Below, in pieces: positions 1 to 12,481 of a stretch of 64,000 nt of DNA. Both the position numbers and the translations under genes were made by a program. Origin of the DNA: Candidatus Foliamicus sp. (GTDB lineage: Bacteria; Pseudomonadota; Gammaproteobacteria; Steroidobacterales; Foliamicaceae); the NCBI GenBank assembly GCA_965249285.1, contig OZ252226.1, forward strand, positions 1,788,302 to 1,852,301, written 5' to 3'. Each line of letters starts with the position of its first letter. Position 1 is the first letter of the stretch. The notes under the pieces are model-generated. The model did no database searches. It was not told the origin of the DNA and saw only the letters and a list, made by a program, of their open reading frames with translations.

Positions 1-657
1 ACGCTGGCGAAGGAAGTGTGCCGGCGAGCACCGGAATCGAACGGCGACTTGCGCACCAGGCGGTGAACGCCGGTCTCGGTCCGCAACCAGCCGTAGGCGT
101 AGTCGCCGCGCACATGCACAGTGGCGCTCTTGACGCCGGCCACTTCACCCTCCGAGGCCTCGATCAATTCCGCCTTGAACCGGTTGTGTTCGCAGAATTT
201 CAGGTACATGCGCAGCAGCATCTCGGCGAAGTCCTGCGCATCGTGGCCGCCGGAGCCTGCCGTCACTTCAAGAAACGCGTGGGCCCCGTCCATGGCGCCG
301 CCGAACATGCGGCGGAATTCGAGCTGCTCCACCTCGGTGGCCAGCTCCTCTATGCCCTGCCCGATATCCTCGAGCGTGGCTTCATCCTGCTCTTCCAGCG
401 CCAATTCCAGCAATTCGCCCAATTCGTCGACATTCGACGTGAGGCGATCCAGGACCTCGGTTACCGACTTGAGTGAAGCACGTTCGCGGCCCAGCGCCCC
501 GGCGCGCTGTGAGTCGGACCACACGGAAGAGTCGGCGAGCTCGGTTTCTACCTTACTTAAGCGCCGGGCCTTGCCGGCGTAATCAAAGATACCCCCTAAG
601 CGCTTCCAGACGGGCGCCCAAATCGGCAAGAACCGGCTTGAGTTGTGATAATTCCAT
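1..657 (-). CDS. prfB: Peptide chain release factor 2, +1 programmed frameshift; 3' end runs off the window
   Basis: ATG at 657 gives MELSQLKPVLADLGARLEALRGYL, then CTT TGA at 588-583. The +1 frame continues DYAGK...EFRRMFGG...SGGHDAQDFAEMLLRMY...LRTETGVHRLVRKSPFDSGARRHTSFAS, typical RF2. Confidence 0.97.
582..597 (-). promoter_or_regulatory. RF2 autoregulatory +1 frameshift cassette (internal SD, slippery CTT, UGA)
   Basis: Minus strand reads AGGGGG TAT CTT TGA T, matching the known prfB signal apart from the base after UGA. Confidence 0.95.
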
Positions 658-704
658 GGCCGTGCAAGCGTACGGCAAACCCCCCGCGCAAAGCAACACA
701 AGCC

Positions 705-819
705 CCCTGGGAACGAGGGCATCCCTGGGAACGAGGGCATCTTGCCCTCGACGAGGGCGGGACGCCCTCATTCACATCATTTGGCTCCCGGCGAGGGCAG
801 GATGCCCTCGTTCCCAGGG
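705..819. repeat. REP/REPIN-like palindromic element, family A, copy 1
   Basis: CCCTGGGAACGAGGGCATC (twice)...GAGGGCAGGATGCCCTCGTTCCCAGGG; inner hairpins GAGGGC-N5-GCCCTC. Confidence 0.9.
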
Positions 820-821
820 CT

Positions 822-1187
822 TTACCGGATGCGCAGGGCGGCGGCGACAGCGCGGCGTTCGGACACCAGGACGTTGTAGGTGCGGCAGGCCGCGCCGGTG
901 TCCATAACTTCCAGTCCGATCCCCCGGTTCAGCAGCAGCATGCCAAGTTCCTGTTCCGGGAAACGCTGGCGCTCGCCGGTGCCCAGAATGATGACATCCG
1001 GCTGTTCCTCGATCAGCGGCATGAGGTGATCCAGCGTAACCGGTTCATCCTCGGAAATAGACCAGGGGCGCACTTTCCGCGGACTGAGCAATACCGCCTC
1101 GCGCCATATATCGCCACCGATGCGCAATTCTCCCGGCCGCCACCAACGCACGGTGAGCGCAGCAGCGGTCTCAAGCTGCAGCTTCAA
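822..1187 (-). CDS. Mth938-like domain protein (DUF498/NDUFAF3 family)
   Basis: 121 aa with PDVIILGTG and GIGLEVMDTGAACRTYNVLVSERRAVAAAL. Confidence 0.9.
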   Translation of the reverse strand: MKLQLETAAALTVRWWRPGELRIGGDIWREAVLLSPRKVRPWSISEDEPVTLDHLMPLIEEQPDVIILGTGERQRFPEQELGMLLLNRGIGLEVMDTGAACRTYNVLVSERRAVAAALRIR

Positions 1188-2797
1188 GTGGCCGCGGACA
1201 GCTGCTCGCGCAGCCTCAGCTTGCTGACCTTGCCGGTGGCGGTATGGGGCAGTTCATCGACGAATTTCACCGCATCGGGGATCCACCACGTGGCCACCTT
1301 GCCTTGGAACCAGACCAGCAATTCGGCCGCATCCACCGAAGCGTTGTTCTTCAGGCACACAATCAACAAGGGCCGCTCGGTCCATTTCTCATGCGGCATG
1401 GCGATCACCGCCGCTTCGCTCACGGCGGGGTGCGCCATGGCCACGTCTTCCAACTCGATGGAACTGATCCACTCGCCCCCGGACTTGATCAAGTCCTTTG
1501 TGCGGTCGGTGATGTGCATAAATCCTTCCGGATCGATGCTTGCTACGTCCCCGGTGTCGAACCATCCGTCCTCGAGCGCGGACTCCTTCGCACGGTAGTA
1601 GCGGCTGGCGATCCAGGGCCCACGTACCTGCAGGCGTCCCACGGCCTTGCCGTCCCTCGGCAATTCGTTACCGTCGTCGTCCACCACCCGCATTTCCACC
1701 CCGTACGGTGCGCGCCCCTGGGTCAGCCGCTGGGCCAGCCGGGCGTCGGCATCCAGCTTCCCGGTGCCGGTCGTGGGTGCATTCACGCTGCCCAGAGGGC
1801 TCATTTCGGTCATTCCCCACGCATGACAAACTCGAATGCCGTAGCGCGTTTCAAAGTCTTCCAGCATTGAGCGCGGGCAGGCCGCGCCTCCGACCACCAG
1901 TTTTTTCACGGTCTCCAGACGCCCTCCGGTCGCGTCCAGGTAGTTGAGCAAACCCAGCCACACCGTGGGCACGCCCAGCGCCGTGATCACGCGCTCGTTG
2001 TTCATCATCGCCGCCAGGGCCTGGGGATCACCGGCCTTGGGTCCCGGAAGCACCAGCTTGGCGCCCACCATGGGCGCGCAGTAAACCACCCCCCAGGCAT
2101 TGGCGTGAAACATCGGAACAACCGGCAGGATGCTGTCCGTGCCCTTGATGCTGATTGCGTCGGACAAACCGCTGGCGTAGGTGTGCAGGATGGTCGAGCG
2201 GTGCGAGTACAGGACACCCTTGGGATTGCCGGTAGTGCCCGAGGTGTAGCACATCGAACTGGCCGTGTTCTCATCCAGGTCCGGCCAGTCAAACGAATCG
2301 CTCTCGCCTTCAATCAATTCCTCGTAGCAGACCAGACCCGGCACGGAGGACTCCGGCATGGCTTCCTTCGAGCACAACAGAACCAAGGTCTGCACCGTGG
2401 GAAAGGCCTTGTGCAGCTTTTCCAGCAACGGCAACAGCAGCGGATCGGCAAACAGGAAGCGGTCTTCGGCGTGGTTGACGATGTACTGGAGCTGCTCGGG
2501 GAACAGCCTGGGATTGACGGTGTGGAGGACCCCGCCCATACAGGAAATCCCGTAATACAGCTCCATGTGGCGGTAGTCGTTCCAGGCCAGCGTCGCCACC
2601 CGGTCGCCCTGGTTCAGGCCCAGGCGCTTGAGCGCGTTGGCCAGTTGCGCGCAGCGGCGAAAAATCCCGGCGTAAGTCGTGCGGTGCGCCGGGTTCTCCA
2701 CGGTAAGCGAATAAACTTCCGATCCGCCGTGCTGCGCCTCCGCGTGGCGCATCAGGCTGGTGACCGTGAGGGGGTATTCCATCATCAATCCCTGCAT
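1184..2797 (-). CDS. Medium/long-chain fatty acyl-CoA ligase (AlkK/DmdB-like)
   Basis: MQGLMMEYPLT N-terminus, AMP-binding YTSGTTGNPKG, WGMTE, GWFDTGD, IKSGGEWISSIELE, TATGKVSK. Confidence 0.9.
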   Translation of the reverse strand: MQGLMMEYPLTVTSLMRHAEAQHGGSEVYSLTVENPAHRTTYAGIFRRCAQLANALKRLGLNQGDRVATLAWNDYRHMELYYGISCMGGVLHTVNPRLFPEQLQYIVNHAEDRFLFADPLLLPLLEKLHKAFPTVQTLVLLCSKEAMPESSVPGLVCYEELIEGESDSFDWPDLDENTASSMCYTSGTTGNPKGVLYSHRSTILHTYASGLSDAISIKGTDSILPVVPMFHANAWGVVYCAPMVGAKLVLPGPKAGDPQALAAMMNNERVITALGVPTVWLGLLNYLDATGGRLETVKKLVVGGAACPRSMLEDFETRYGIRVCHAWGMTEMSPLGSVNAPTTGTGKLDADARLAQRLTQGRAPYGVEMRVVDDDGNELPRDGKAVGRLQVRGPWIASRYYRAKESALEDGWFDTGDVASIDPEGFMHITDRTKDLIKSGGEWISSIELEDVAMAHPAVSEAAVIAMPHEKWTERPLLIVCLKNNASVDAAELLVWFQGKVATWWIPDAVKFVDELPHTATGKVSKLRLREQLSAAT

Positions 2798-2958
2798 GGT
2801 TCTCGCACCTCCGCAGTATTCCTTCCTGGTTGAAAATGTAGCACACCTTCAGCATGAATCCGGCGACCCGGTTTGCGGCGTGCACGAGCCGAATTCCCGC
2901 TCATCGCCGGCGCTCGAAGCCTGGTTACCCGCATTGGCGGGAATGGCCCAGGCATGCC

Positions 2959-3909
2959 TCAGTTCCGGGGCGGCAGCAGGCCGATGGGTTCAACCGGCTT
3001 GCCGTTGCGGCGGATCTCGAAATGCAGCATGGCGACATTGCCCGATCCTACGCCCATGGTGGCAATCGGTTGACCGGCGCGCACCGCGTCGCCCTCGCTC
3101 ACCAGAATCTTCTCGTTGTGGCCATAGGCGCTGAGCCATTGGGGAGTGTGCTGCACGATCACCAGCAGCCCGTATGCCTTCAGGCCATCCCCTGCGTACA
3201 TGACCTTGCCGCTGTCGGCAGTCACAATATCCTGCCCGCGCTCGCCCATGATGCGGATGCCGAAATCGCCCGCGCGCACCCTTGCACTCTTGGCATCTAC
3301 GCTCCCTTGCGTGGGCCATCGCCACTTGCCCTTGCCCGGCGCGGGACCGGCCGACGAGGAGGCCCCGGAAGAGGAAGGGCTGGCCTTGGGCGGAGCAGAC
3401 CGCCCCCCAACCGCCGCCTTTGCGCCGGCCCCGGCCGCTGAGGCGACCGGCTTGGCCTCCCGAACGCCCCCGGTGGCCGCGCCAGGCGCCGGAGAAGCTA
3501 TGGCTCCGACCGTTGCGGAGCCCGCAGCAGATCCACCCTGTTCGGCAACCGCGGAGCCGGGCGGAGGCGTGAGGCTGAGCCGCTGACCCACAAGAATCAG
3601 GCTGCCGTCCCCCAGCTTGTTCCACGCCGCCAGGTCGGCCACCCGCACGCGAGAGCGCCAGGCAATCGAGAACAGGGTATCGCCGGACTCCACCGTGTAC
3701 CACTGCTCGACCATCCCCGAGGACGGCTCCGCCGCCTTCGCTTCTGCCGGCCGCGAGGCCGCCGGCGAAGGCGCAGGCGCCCCGACCGGCGTCTGCCCGG
3801 GGGGACCAGGAGTCTCTGGAATCCAGCCCCAACAGCCGGACAAGAGCAAACCGCCAACGGCAAGCAAACAGTGCGTGCGCAGGGATCGAAAATGAGGAAA
3901 GAATTTCAC
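2959..3909 (-). CDS. nlpD: LysM + M23 peptidase-family lipoprotein (amidase activator)
   Basis: Lipobox LLLSGC, LysM YTVESGDTLFSIAW, M23 domain YGHN and LHFEIRR; follows surE-pcm-yqaA. Start probably GTG 3909 (GTGA overlap) or ATG 3921, not 4161. Confidence 0.9.
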   Translation of the reverse strand: MKFFPHFRSLRTHCLLAVGGLLLSGCWGWIPETPGPPGQTPVGAPAPSPAASRPAEAKAAEPSSGMVEQWYTVESGDTLFSIAWRSRVRVADLAAWNKLGDGSLILVGQRLSLTPPPGSAVAEQGGSAAGSATVGAIASPAPGAATGGVREAKPVASAAGAGAKAAVGGRSAPPKASPSSSGASSSAGPAPGKGKWRWPTQGSVDAKSARVRAGDFGIRIMGERGQDIVTADSGKVMYAGDGLKAYGLLVIVQHTPQWLSAYGHNEKILVSEGDAVRAGQPIATMGVGSGNVAMLHFEIRRNGKPVEPIGLLPPRN

Positions 3910-4484
3910 AGGTACCACCATAACCCAACGGTCAATACGGCGAGACCCACAAGCGCCCAGCCGACCGTATCCGAATATCGAAGGGCATTGAGCGCCTTGG
4001 GTCCGATCCAGGCAGCCAGCCCGCCCACCAGAAAGAAGCGCAAGCCACGTCCCAGCAGCGAGGCAGCCAGAAATGTGCCCACGTCCATGCTCAGGGCGCC
4101 GGCGGAAATCGCGAAGACCTTGTACGGCAACGGTGTGAAGGCCGCCAGAACCAGCGCCCAATAGCCCCAGCGCTGATACCAGCCCTGCACCTGTGAGTAT
4201 TTCTCGCCCCAGCCGAGCTCCTCGATCCAGGGCAGCAGTGCGTCAATCGCTAGGTAACCCAGCAGCAATCCAACCAATCCCCCGGCCACGGAGAAAACCA
4301 GGGTCAAAGAGGCCAGCCGCAGCATTCTTTTTGGGGCCGCGGCGCACATCGGAACCAGCATTACGTCAACCGCGATCGGAAAGAAAATCGACTCGGCAAA
4401 GCTGACCGCGCACAATACGGCCGGCGCCTGCCGCATTCGGGCCCAAGCCAGAACACGATCGGCGAGCGGTGCAAATACCTGCAT
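3906..4484 (-). CDS. yqaA: YqaA/DedA-family membrane protein
   Basis: SFAESIFFPIAVDVML, AAFTPLPYKVFAI, GRGLRFF motifs; usual position after pcm. Confidence 0.88.
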   Translation of the reverse strand: MQVFAPLADRVLAWARMRQAPAVLCAVSFAESIFFPIAVDVMLVPMCAAAPKRMLRLASLTLVFSVAGGLVGLLLGYLAIDALLPWIEELGWGEKYSQVQGWYQRWGYWALVLAAFTPLPYKVFAISAGALSMDVGTFLAASLLGRGLRFFLVGGLAAWIGPKALNALRYSDTVGWALVGLAVLTVGLWWYL

Positions 4485-4501
4485 GGCGGGACGTTGCGGA
4501 T

Positions 4502-5194
4502 TCAGCCCCGGCCCGGCAAAAGCGGCACGAACGCTACCGGTGCGAGGCTTTCGCTGAGGTCGCCCTCTTCCCCGCGCTCAATGCGCACCAATTCCTGGTG
4601 GCCATGGTCACCCACGGGAATGACAAGCCGCCCACCCGGAGCAAGTTGTTCGAGCAGCGCCCGGGGCACGGCCACTGCTCCAGCGGCCACCAGAATCGCG
4701 TCGAAAGGGGCCTGTCCCGGCCATCCCAACATCCCGTCGCCATGGCGGAAGCGCACATTGTTGCAGCGCAGTTCCGCCAGCAGCGGGCGAGCCGCCGCCA
4801 GCAGGGACCCGATCCGTTCAATGCTGAACAGGCGACGAACCAGCGGCGCGAGGATGGCGGTCTGATAGCCCGAACCGCATCCCACTTCCAGGACTTTTCC
4901 CGGCCGCCGCATCCTGCCGGCGTCGTCCATCAACAGCGCCTGGGTCATCAGCGCCACAACGTAGGGCTGGGAAATAGTCTGGCCGGATCCGATCGGCAGC
5001 GCGTTGTCGTTGTAGGCATAACGCTCAAGGGCCTCATCGATAAACAGGTGGCGCGGAGTGCGGCGAATCTGCTCGAGCACTTCGGCGCTGCGGATTCCGC
5101 GTTCCCGAAGCGAATCGGCCAGCCGGTCGCGGGCCCTTGCGGAAGTCAGGCCGATGCCGCTTTGGCGGCGTTGCGTCGATTGGGCGCCGGTCAT
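4502..5194 (-). CDS. pcm: Protein-L-isoaspartate O-methyltransferase
   Basis: GQTISQPYVVA, KVLEVGCGSGYQ, HGDGMLGWP..APFDAI. Confidence 0.96.
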   Translation of the reverse strand: MTGAQSTQRRQSGIGLTSARARDRLADSLRERGIRSAEVLEQIRRTPRHLFIDEALERYAYNDNALPIGSGQTISQPYVVALMTQALLMDDAGRMRRPGKVLEVGCGSGYQTAILAPLVRRLFSIERIGSLLAAARPLLAELRCNNVRFRHGDGMLGWPGQAPFDAILVAAGAVAVPRALLEQLAPGGRLVIPVGDHGHQELVRIERGEEGDLSESLAPVAFVPLLPGRG

Positions 5195-5934
5195 AGCTCC
5201 AACCAGTCGCGGGTGGCCTCAAGACGGTTGTGATCGGTGAGGTCGGAATGCAGCGGAGTCACCGAAATCCAGCCGTCGCGCAGGGCAAAAAAGTCTGTGC
5301 CCGGACCGGCGTCCAGCCCATGCCCGGGAAGGCCCATCCAATAAAGCTTGCCGCCGTAGGGATCGTCGGAGATCCTCACCCGCGCCGCCTTGTGGCGGTG
5401 CCCCATACGGGTCAGCTTGAAGCCGCGAATTTCGTCCCATGGCAGGTCCGGAACATTCACGTTCAAGAGCATGTTCCCGGGCGGTCGATTCCTGTTCAGC
5501 CGCTCGAACAGTTCGCTGACGGCGCGCTCGGCCGAGTCAAAGTTCTTGGGTGGATAGCCGGCAACGGATACGGCCACCGCCGGCACGTCCAGGACCCGGG
5601 CCTCCATCGCCGCGGCCACGGTACCGGAGTAGAGCACGTCATCGCCCAGATTGGGACCGTGATTGATGCCGGAAAACACCATGTCGGGATCCTCCGGCAG
5701 TAGTCCGGTGATGGCGATATGCACACAGTCCGTGGGAGTGCCCGAGCAGTACCAGCGGTTGTTCCCCAGCTGCGTGACCCGCAGCGGCTCAAACAGCGTG
5801 AGTGAATTGCTGGCCCCGCTGTGATTGCGCTCAGGCGCGACAATCATGATTTCCGCCAGTCCCAGCAGTGCCCGCTCCAGGACCTGGAGGCCCTCCGCGC
5901 GGTAGCCGTCGTCGTTGGAAAGCAGCACCCGCAC
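5191..5934 (-). CDS. surE: 5'/3'-nucleotidase SurE
   Basis: LLSNDDG, SGASNSLT, GTPTDCV, SGINHGPNLGDDVLYSGTVAAAME. Confidence 0.97.
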   Translation of the reverse strand: MRVLLSNDDGYRAEGLQVLERALLGLAEIMIVAPERNHSGASNSLTLFEPLRVTQLGNNRWYCSGTPTDCVHIAITGLLPEDPDMVFSGINHGPNLGDDVLYSGTVAAAMEARVLDVPAVAVSVAGYPPKNFDSAERAVSELFERLNRNRPPGNMLLNVNVPDLPWDEIRGFKLTRMGHRHKAARVRISDDPYGGKLYWMGLPGHGLDAGPGTDFFALRDGWISVTPLHSDLTDHNRLEATRDWLEL

Positions 5935-5942
5935 GGAAGCGC

Positions 5943-6278
5943 CTATTCCCTTGCATCGCCGGGCGGGTCGCCCGGCTCGGCGGTCTCGGGCTCAGCCTGT
6001 TCCTCGACCAGCAGGTAAATCTTCTCGTCCGGGCCGATCATGCCCAACTCGGAACGCGCCAGCCGTTCGATTTCCTCATCGCCTTGTTTGAGGTCTTCGA
6101 CTTCCGCGGCCAGCCGGCGGTTGCGCTCCCGTAACTCGGCGTTGTTGCGATCCTGTTCGGCGACTTCTTTCTGTGCCCGGAACAGGCCCGCCAATCCATC
6201 GTCGGCGAACCACAGGGGATATTGCAGCGCGGCCAATGCCACGCAGGCCGCCAGTATGCCGACTGTCTTAGCTCGCAT
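5943..6278 (-). CDS. ftsB: Cell division protein FtsB
   Basis: One TM helix, LQYPLW, coiled coil, IERLARSELGMI; directly after eno. Confidence 0.92.
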   Translation of the reverse strand: MRAKTVGILAACVALAALQYPLWFADDGLAGLFRAQKEVAEQDRNNAELRERNRRLAAEVEDLKQGDEEIERLARSELGMIGPDEKIYLLVEEQAEPETAEPGDPPGDARE

Positions 6279-6289
6279 GGCTCAACAAG

Positions 6290-6399
6290 GCCCCGACCCT
6301 GGCCCCCGTCCGGCGGGAGACGCAACGGGCACATCCCTGTGGCTCGGCGTCGGCATCCTGCCTCCGACGCTCCCGCCGGACGGGGGCCAGGGTCGGGGC
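6290..6399. repeat. Palindromic element, family B, copy 1 (perfect 30-bp arms, 50-nt core)
   Basis: 6290-6319 is the exact reverse complement of 6370-6399; the core resembles that at 59033-59081. Confidence 0.88.
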
Positions 6400-6402
6400 T
6401 CT

Positions 6403-8576
<2,174 letters not shown>

Positions 8577-8583
8577 CGGCGCG

Positions 8584-10292
<1,709 letters not shown>

Positions 10293-10303
10293 GACTACCG
10301 CCA

Positions 10304-10372
10304 AACGCGCTGGGAACGAGGGCATCCTGCGCTCGTCGAGGGCGAGACGCCCTCGTTCCCAGGGACGCGTTG
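10304..10372. repeat. REP-like element, family A, copy 2
   Basis: TGGGAACGAGGGCATCCTGCGCTCG TCGAGGGCGAGACGCCCTCGTTCCCAGGG inside AACGCG/CGCGTT arms. Confidence 0.9.
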
Positions 10373-10375
10373 GGT

Positions 10376-11362
10376 TCAGTCGGAGTCTGGGGGCGCAAGT
10401 GGCGCAATGCAAATGCGGCCCCGGCGGCGGGTCAGGCGCGCGCCGCGCCAGCGGGCTTCCGGATGGCGGTCGGCAGCCGCGTTCAGAAGCATGTCCAGCG
10501 CCGCGTTCAGGCGCGCCTCGGAGGGCGCCGGAATATCCAGGGCGGCCAATCGCGCGCGCAACAGATTGGCCCGCCGCGCCGGCGGCAGTTTCAGCAGCCC
10601 ATCGCATTCAATGCTGTCCGCGCGGACTATCCCTTGCCCGTCGAGTTCGGCCAGCGCGAGCAGCAATTCCTGGGTATCGCCGGCCAGGCGGGCCAGGCGC
10701 CCGGCCGTGGCGCCGGCGCCCGGCCATCGCTCGCGCAACAGCGGCAGCACTTTGTCGCGCAGGAACGAGCGGTCGAAACCGGTATCGCGATTGGAGGGGT
10801 CCTCCACAAAGGTTGCGCCCTTGCTTTCGAGCCAGGCCTTGAGTTCGCGCCGAGGCACGTCCAGCAACGGCCGCAGCAGCCACCCGCCCCCGCAACGCTG
10901 GCTTTCGCGAATTCCGGCCAGGCCGCTCACGCCGGCGCCACGCAACATGCGCAGCAGCAGGGTTTCCCACTGGTCGTCCTGGTGGTGCGCGGTGAGCAGG
11001 CATTCGCCCGGCTCCATCAACCTGCCCAGGGCCTGATAGCGGGCCCGCCGCGCAGCCGCCTCCAGTCCTCTCCCGTCCGTTGTGACCTGCACCTCGCAAA
11101 CCTGCAAGGGAACATCGAGAGCCCCTGCAACCACCGCACAATGCGCAACCCAATCGGCAGCCTCGTTCCGCAGGCCGTGATTGATATGCGCGGCCCGCAG
11201 GTTTCCGCGCCCCGACTCCCCCAGCAGTTCATGCAAAGCCAGCATCAAGGCCGTGGAATCCGGCCCCCCGCTGAACGCCACCAGAAGCTTTCGCTCCCGC
11301 CAATCCGGCCGCGAGCGATCCAGCGCCGCCTCGAGTGTTTCCGGGACCGGGTGGGAGTTCAC
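10376..11362 (-). CDS. tilS: tRNA(Ile)-lysidine synthetase, short form
   Basis: AFSGGPDS, HINHGLR, ARRARY, TAHHQDDQWET, LLRPLL, EDPSN..DRSFLR. Confidence 0.95.
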   Translation of the reverse strand: MNSHPVPETLEAALDRSRPDWRERKLLVAFSGGPDSTALMLALHELLGESGRGNLRAAHINHGLRNEAADWVAHCAVVAGALDVPLQVCEVQVTTDGRGLEAAARRARYQALGRLMEPGECLLTAHHQDDQWETLLLRMLRGAGVSGLAGIRESQRCGGGWLLRPLLDVPRRELKAWLESKGATFVEDPSNRDTGFDRSFLRDKVLPLLRERWPGAGATAGRLARLAGDTQELLLALAELDGQGIVRADSIECDGLLKLPPARRANLLRARLAALDIPAPSEARLNAALDMLLNAAADRHPEARWRGARLTRRRGRICIAPLAPPDSD

Positions 11363-11410
11363 ATCACCATCGTTGCGGTTCCGTCCCGTTGCGGCAACCC
11401 ACTGCCTGGA

Positions 11411-12304
11411 CTATGCGGCTTCACCGGCCAGCACCGCTTGCGGGTCTCGAGCCAGGTCCGGGTGATGGAGCTCAACCAGACGCCGCAATTCGACCGGCAA
11501 TTCCGCCATCGACGCCGCCCGGCCGCCCCGCCCGTTCTGCACCGTATGTCCCGGCGTATCTCCCATCTGCATCCAGGGGCGAAAGGCCGTGTTGGCCACA
11601 TAAGACACATCGCACGGCGCCCAGGCCAGAGACGGATCCGACAGCTTGGTCCAGCTTCCCTGGTTGGTCGTCCACTCGCGATAGAAAAAACTCGGCTTTG
11701 AGTCATCCGCGGAGAAAACCTGGGCGCTTACATCCTGGCGTATGTAGAAATCATCGCCGCGCCGCTGCGGCTGGCTTAAGAACCGCCGGCTTTCCACCCG
11801 GCCGGAGGCGAAAAAGGCGCCGCCGTCGCGAGTCTCATCGTCCATGGTGAACTCCCGCGTCTCTTCGGATCGAACCGTAATGTCGTTGGCCGACGGGCCA
11901 GACCGGTAGAGGGGCACGTCCACGATCTGGCCTGTAATGGGCATTGTGAGTGTATCCAGCAACTCACCCGTCGAGATATCCACGTACATGGCAACTTCCA
12001 GGGAAACGCCCTCGTACAAGCCTTCGTCCACGCGCCGCACCTGCCGCAAGGTCGTCGACAACAGCCGATAGAGCGGATAGGTCACACCCTGCACAAAAGC
12101 GTAGTTCACCGCATCCACCCAGCCCATGGTCACACGGTCATCCAGGCTGGAGCGCAACTTGACGAACATCCGCAGCATCTCCTCATCACTCAGTTCGAGG
12201 TCGATGAGACCCGGTCTTTCCTGTGCCTCAGCCGGCAGGCTCGCCAGCAGCGGCGCTGCCAGCGCACCGGCCAGCACCGAACGCCGATTAAATTCTCTGC
12301 TCAT
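11411..12304 (-). CDS. Tat-exported protein, probably DUF1838 family
   Basis: Twin-arginine signal MSREFNRRSVLAG...AEAQ, strong SD GAGGAGG; FVKLRSSL and FRPWMQMGD recalled as DUF1838-like. Confidence 0.65.
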   Translation of the reverse strand: MSREFNRRSVLAGALAAPLLASLPAEAQERPGLIDLELSDEEMLRMFVKLRSSLDDRVTMGWVDAVNYAFVQGVTYPLYRLLSTTLRQVRRVDEGLYEGVSLEVAMYVDISTGELLDTLTMPITGQIVDVPLYRSGPSANDITVRSEETREFTMDDETRDGGAFFASGRVESRRFLSQPQRRGDDFYIRQDVSAQVFSADDSKPSFFYREWTTNQGSWTKLSDPSLAWAPCDVSYVANTAFRPWMQMGDTPGHTVQNGRGGRAASMAELPVELRRLVELHHPDLARDPQAVLAGEAA

Positions 12305-12481
12305 GCTTCCTCCTCAAGATTGTGCGCATTGTGCCTGACCCCAAAACCGCCTTGAGCAAGTCAGACCGTCTTTGCCATTGCAAAATGCTCCTGCCCCTGC
12401 CCGTGCCCGTGCGCGGGCGACGTGACTTGAGGCTCTGCTCCCTGTTTTCAGGCCAGGAATGTGGCGTACCTGGCGCAAGGT

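Noticed and set aside
583-771. ORF-track proteins containing GTRASCPRRGQDALVP or WERGHPAL (also near 10245, 42260, 43775, 54052, 60892)
   Set aside because: These are translations of the REP palindrome, which lacks stops in several frames.
12305-12481. Riboswitches upstream of DUF1838, the TonB receptor, the acyl-CoA ligase or the ZIP gene
   Set aside because: I could not find cobalamin, TPP, SAM, glycine or NiCo signature motifs; an Rfam scan would settle it.
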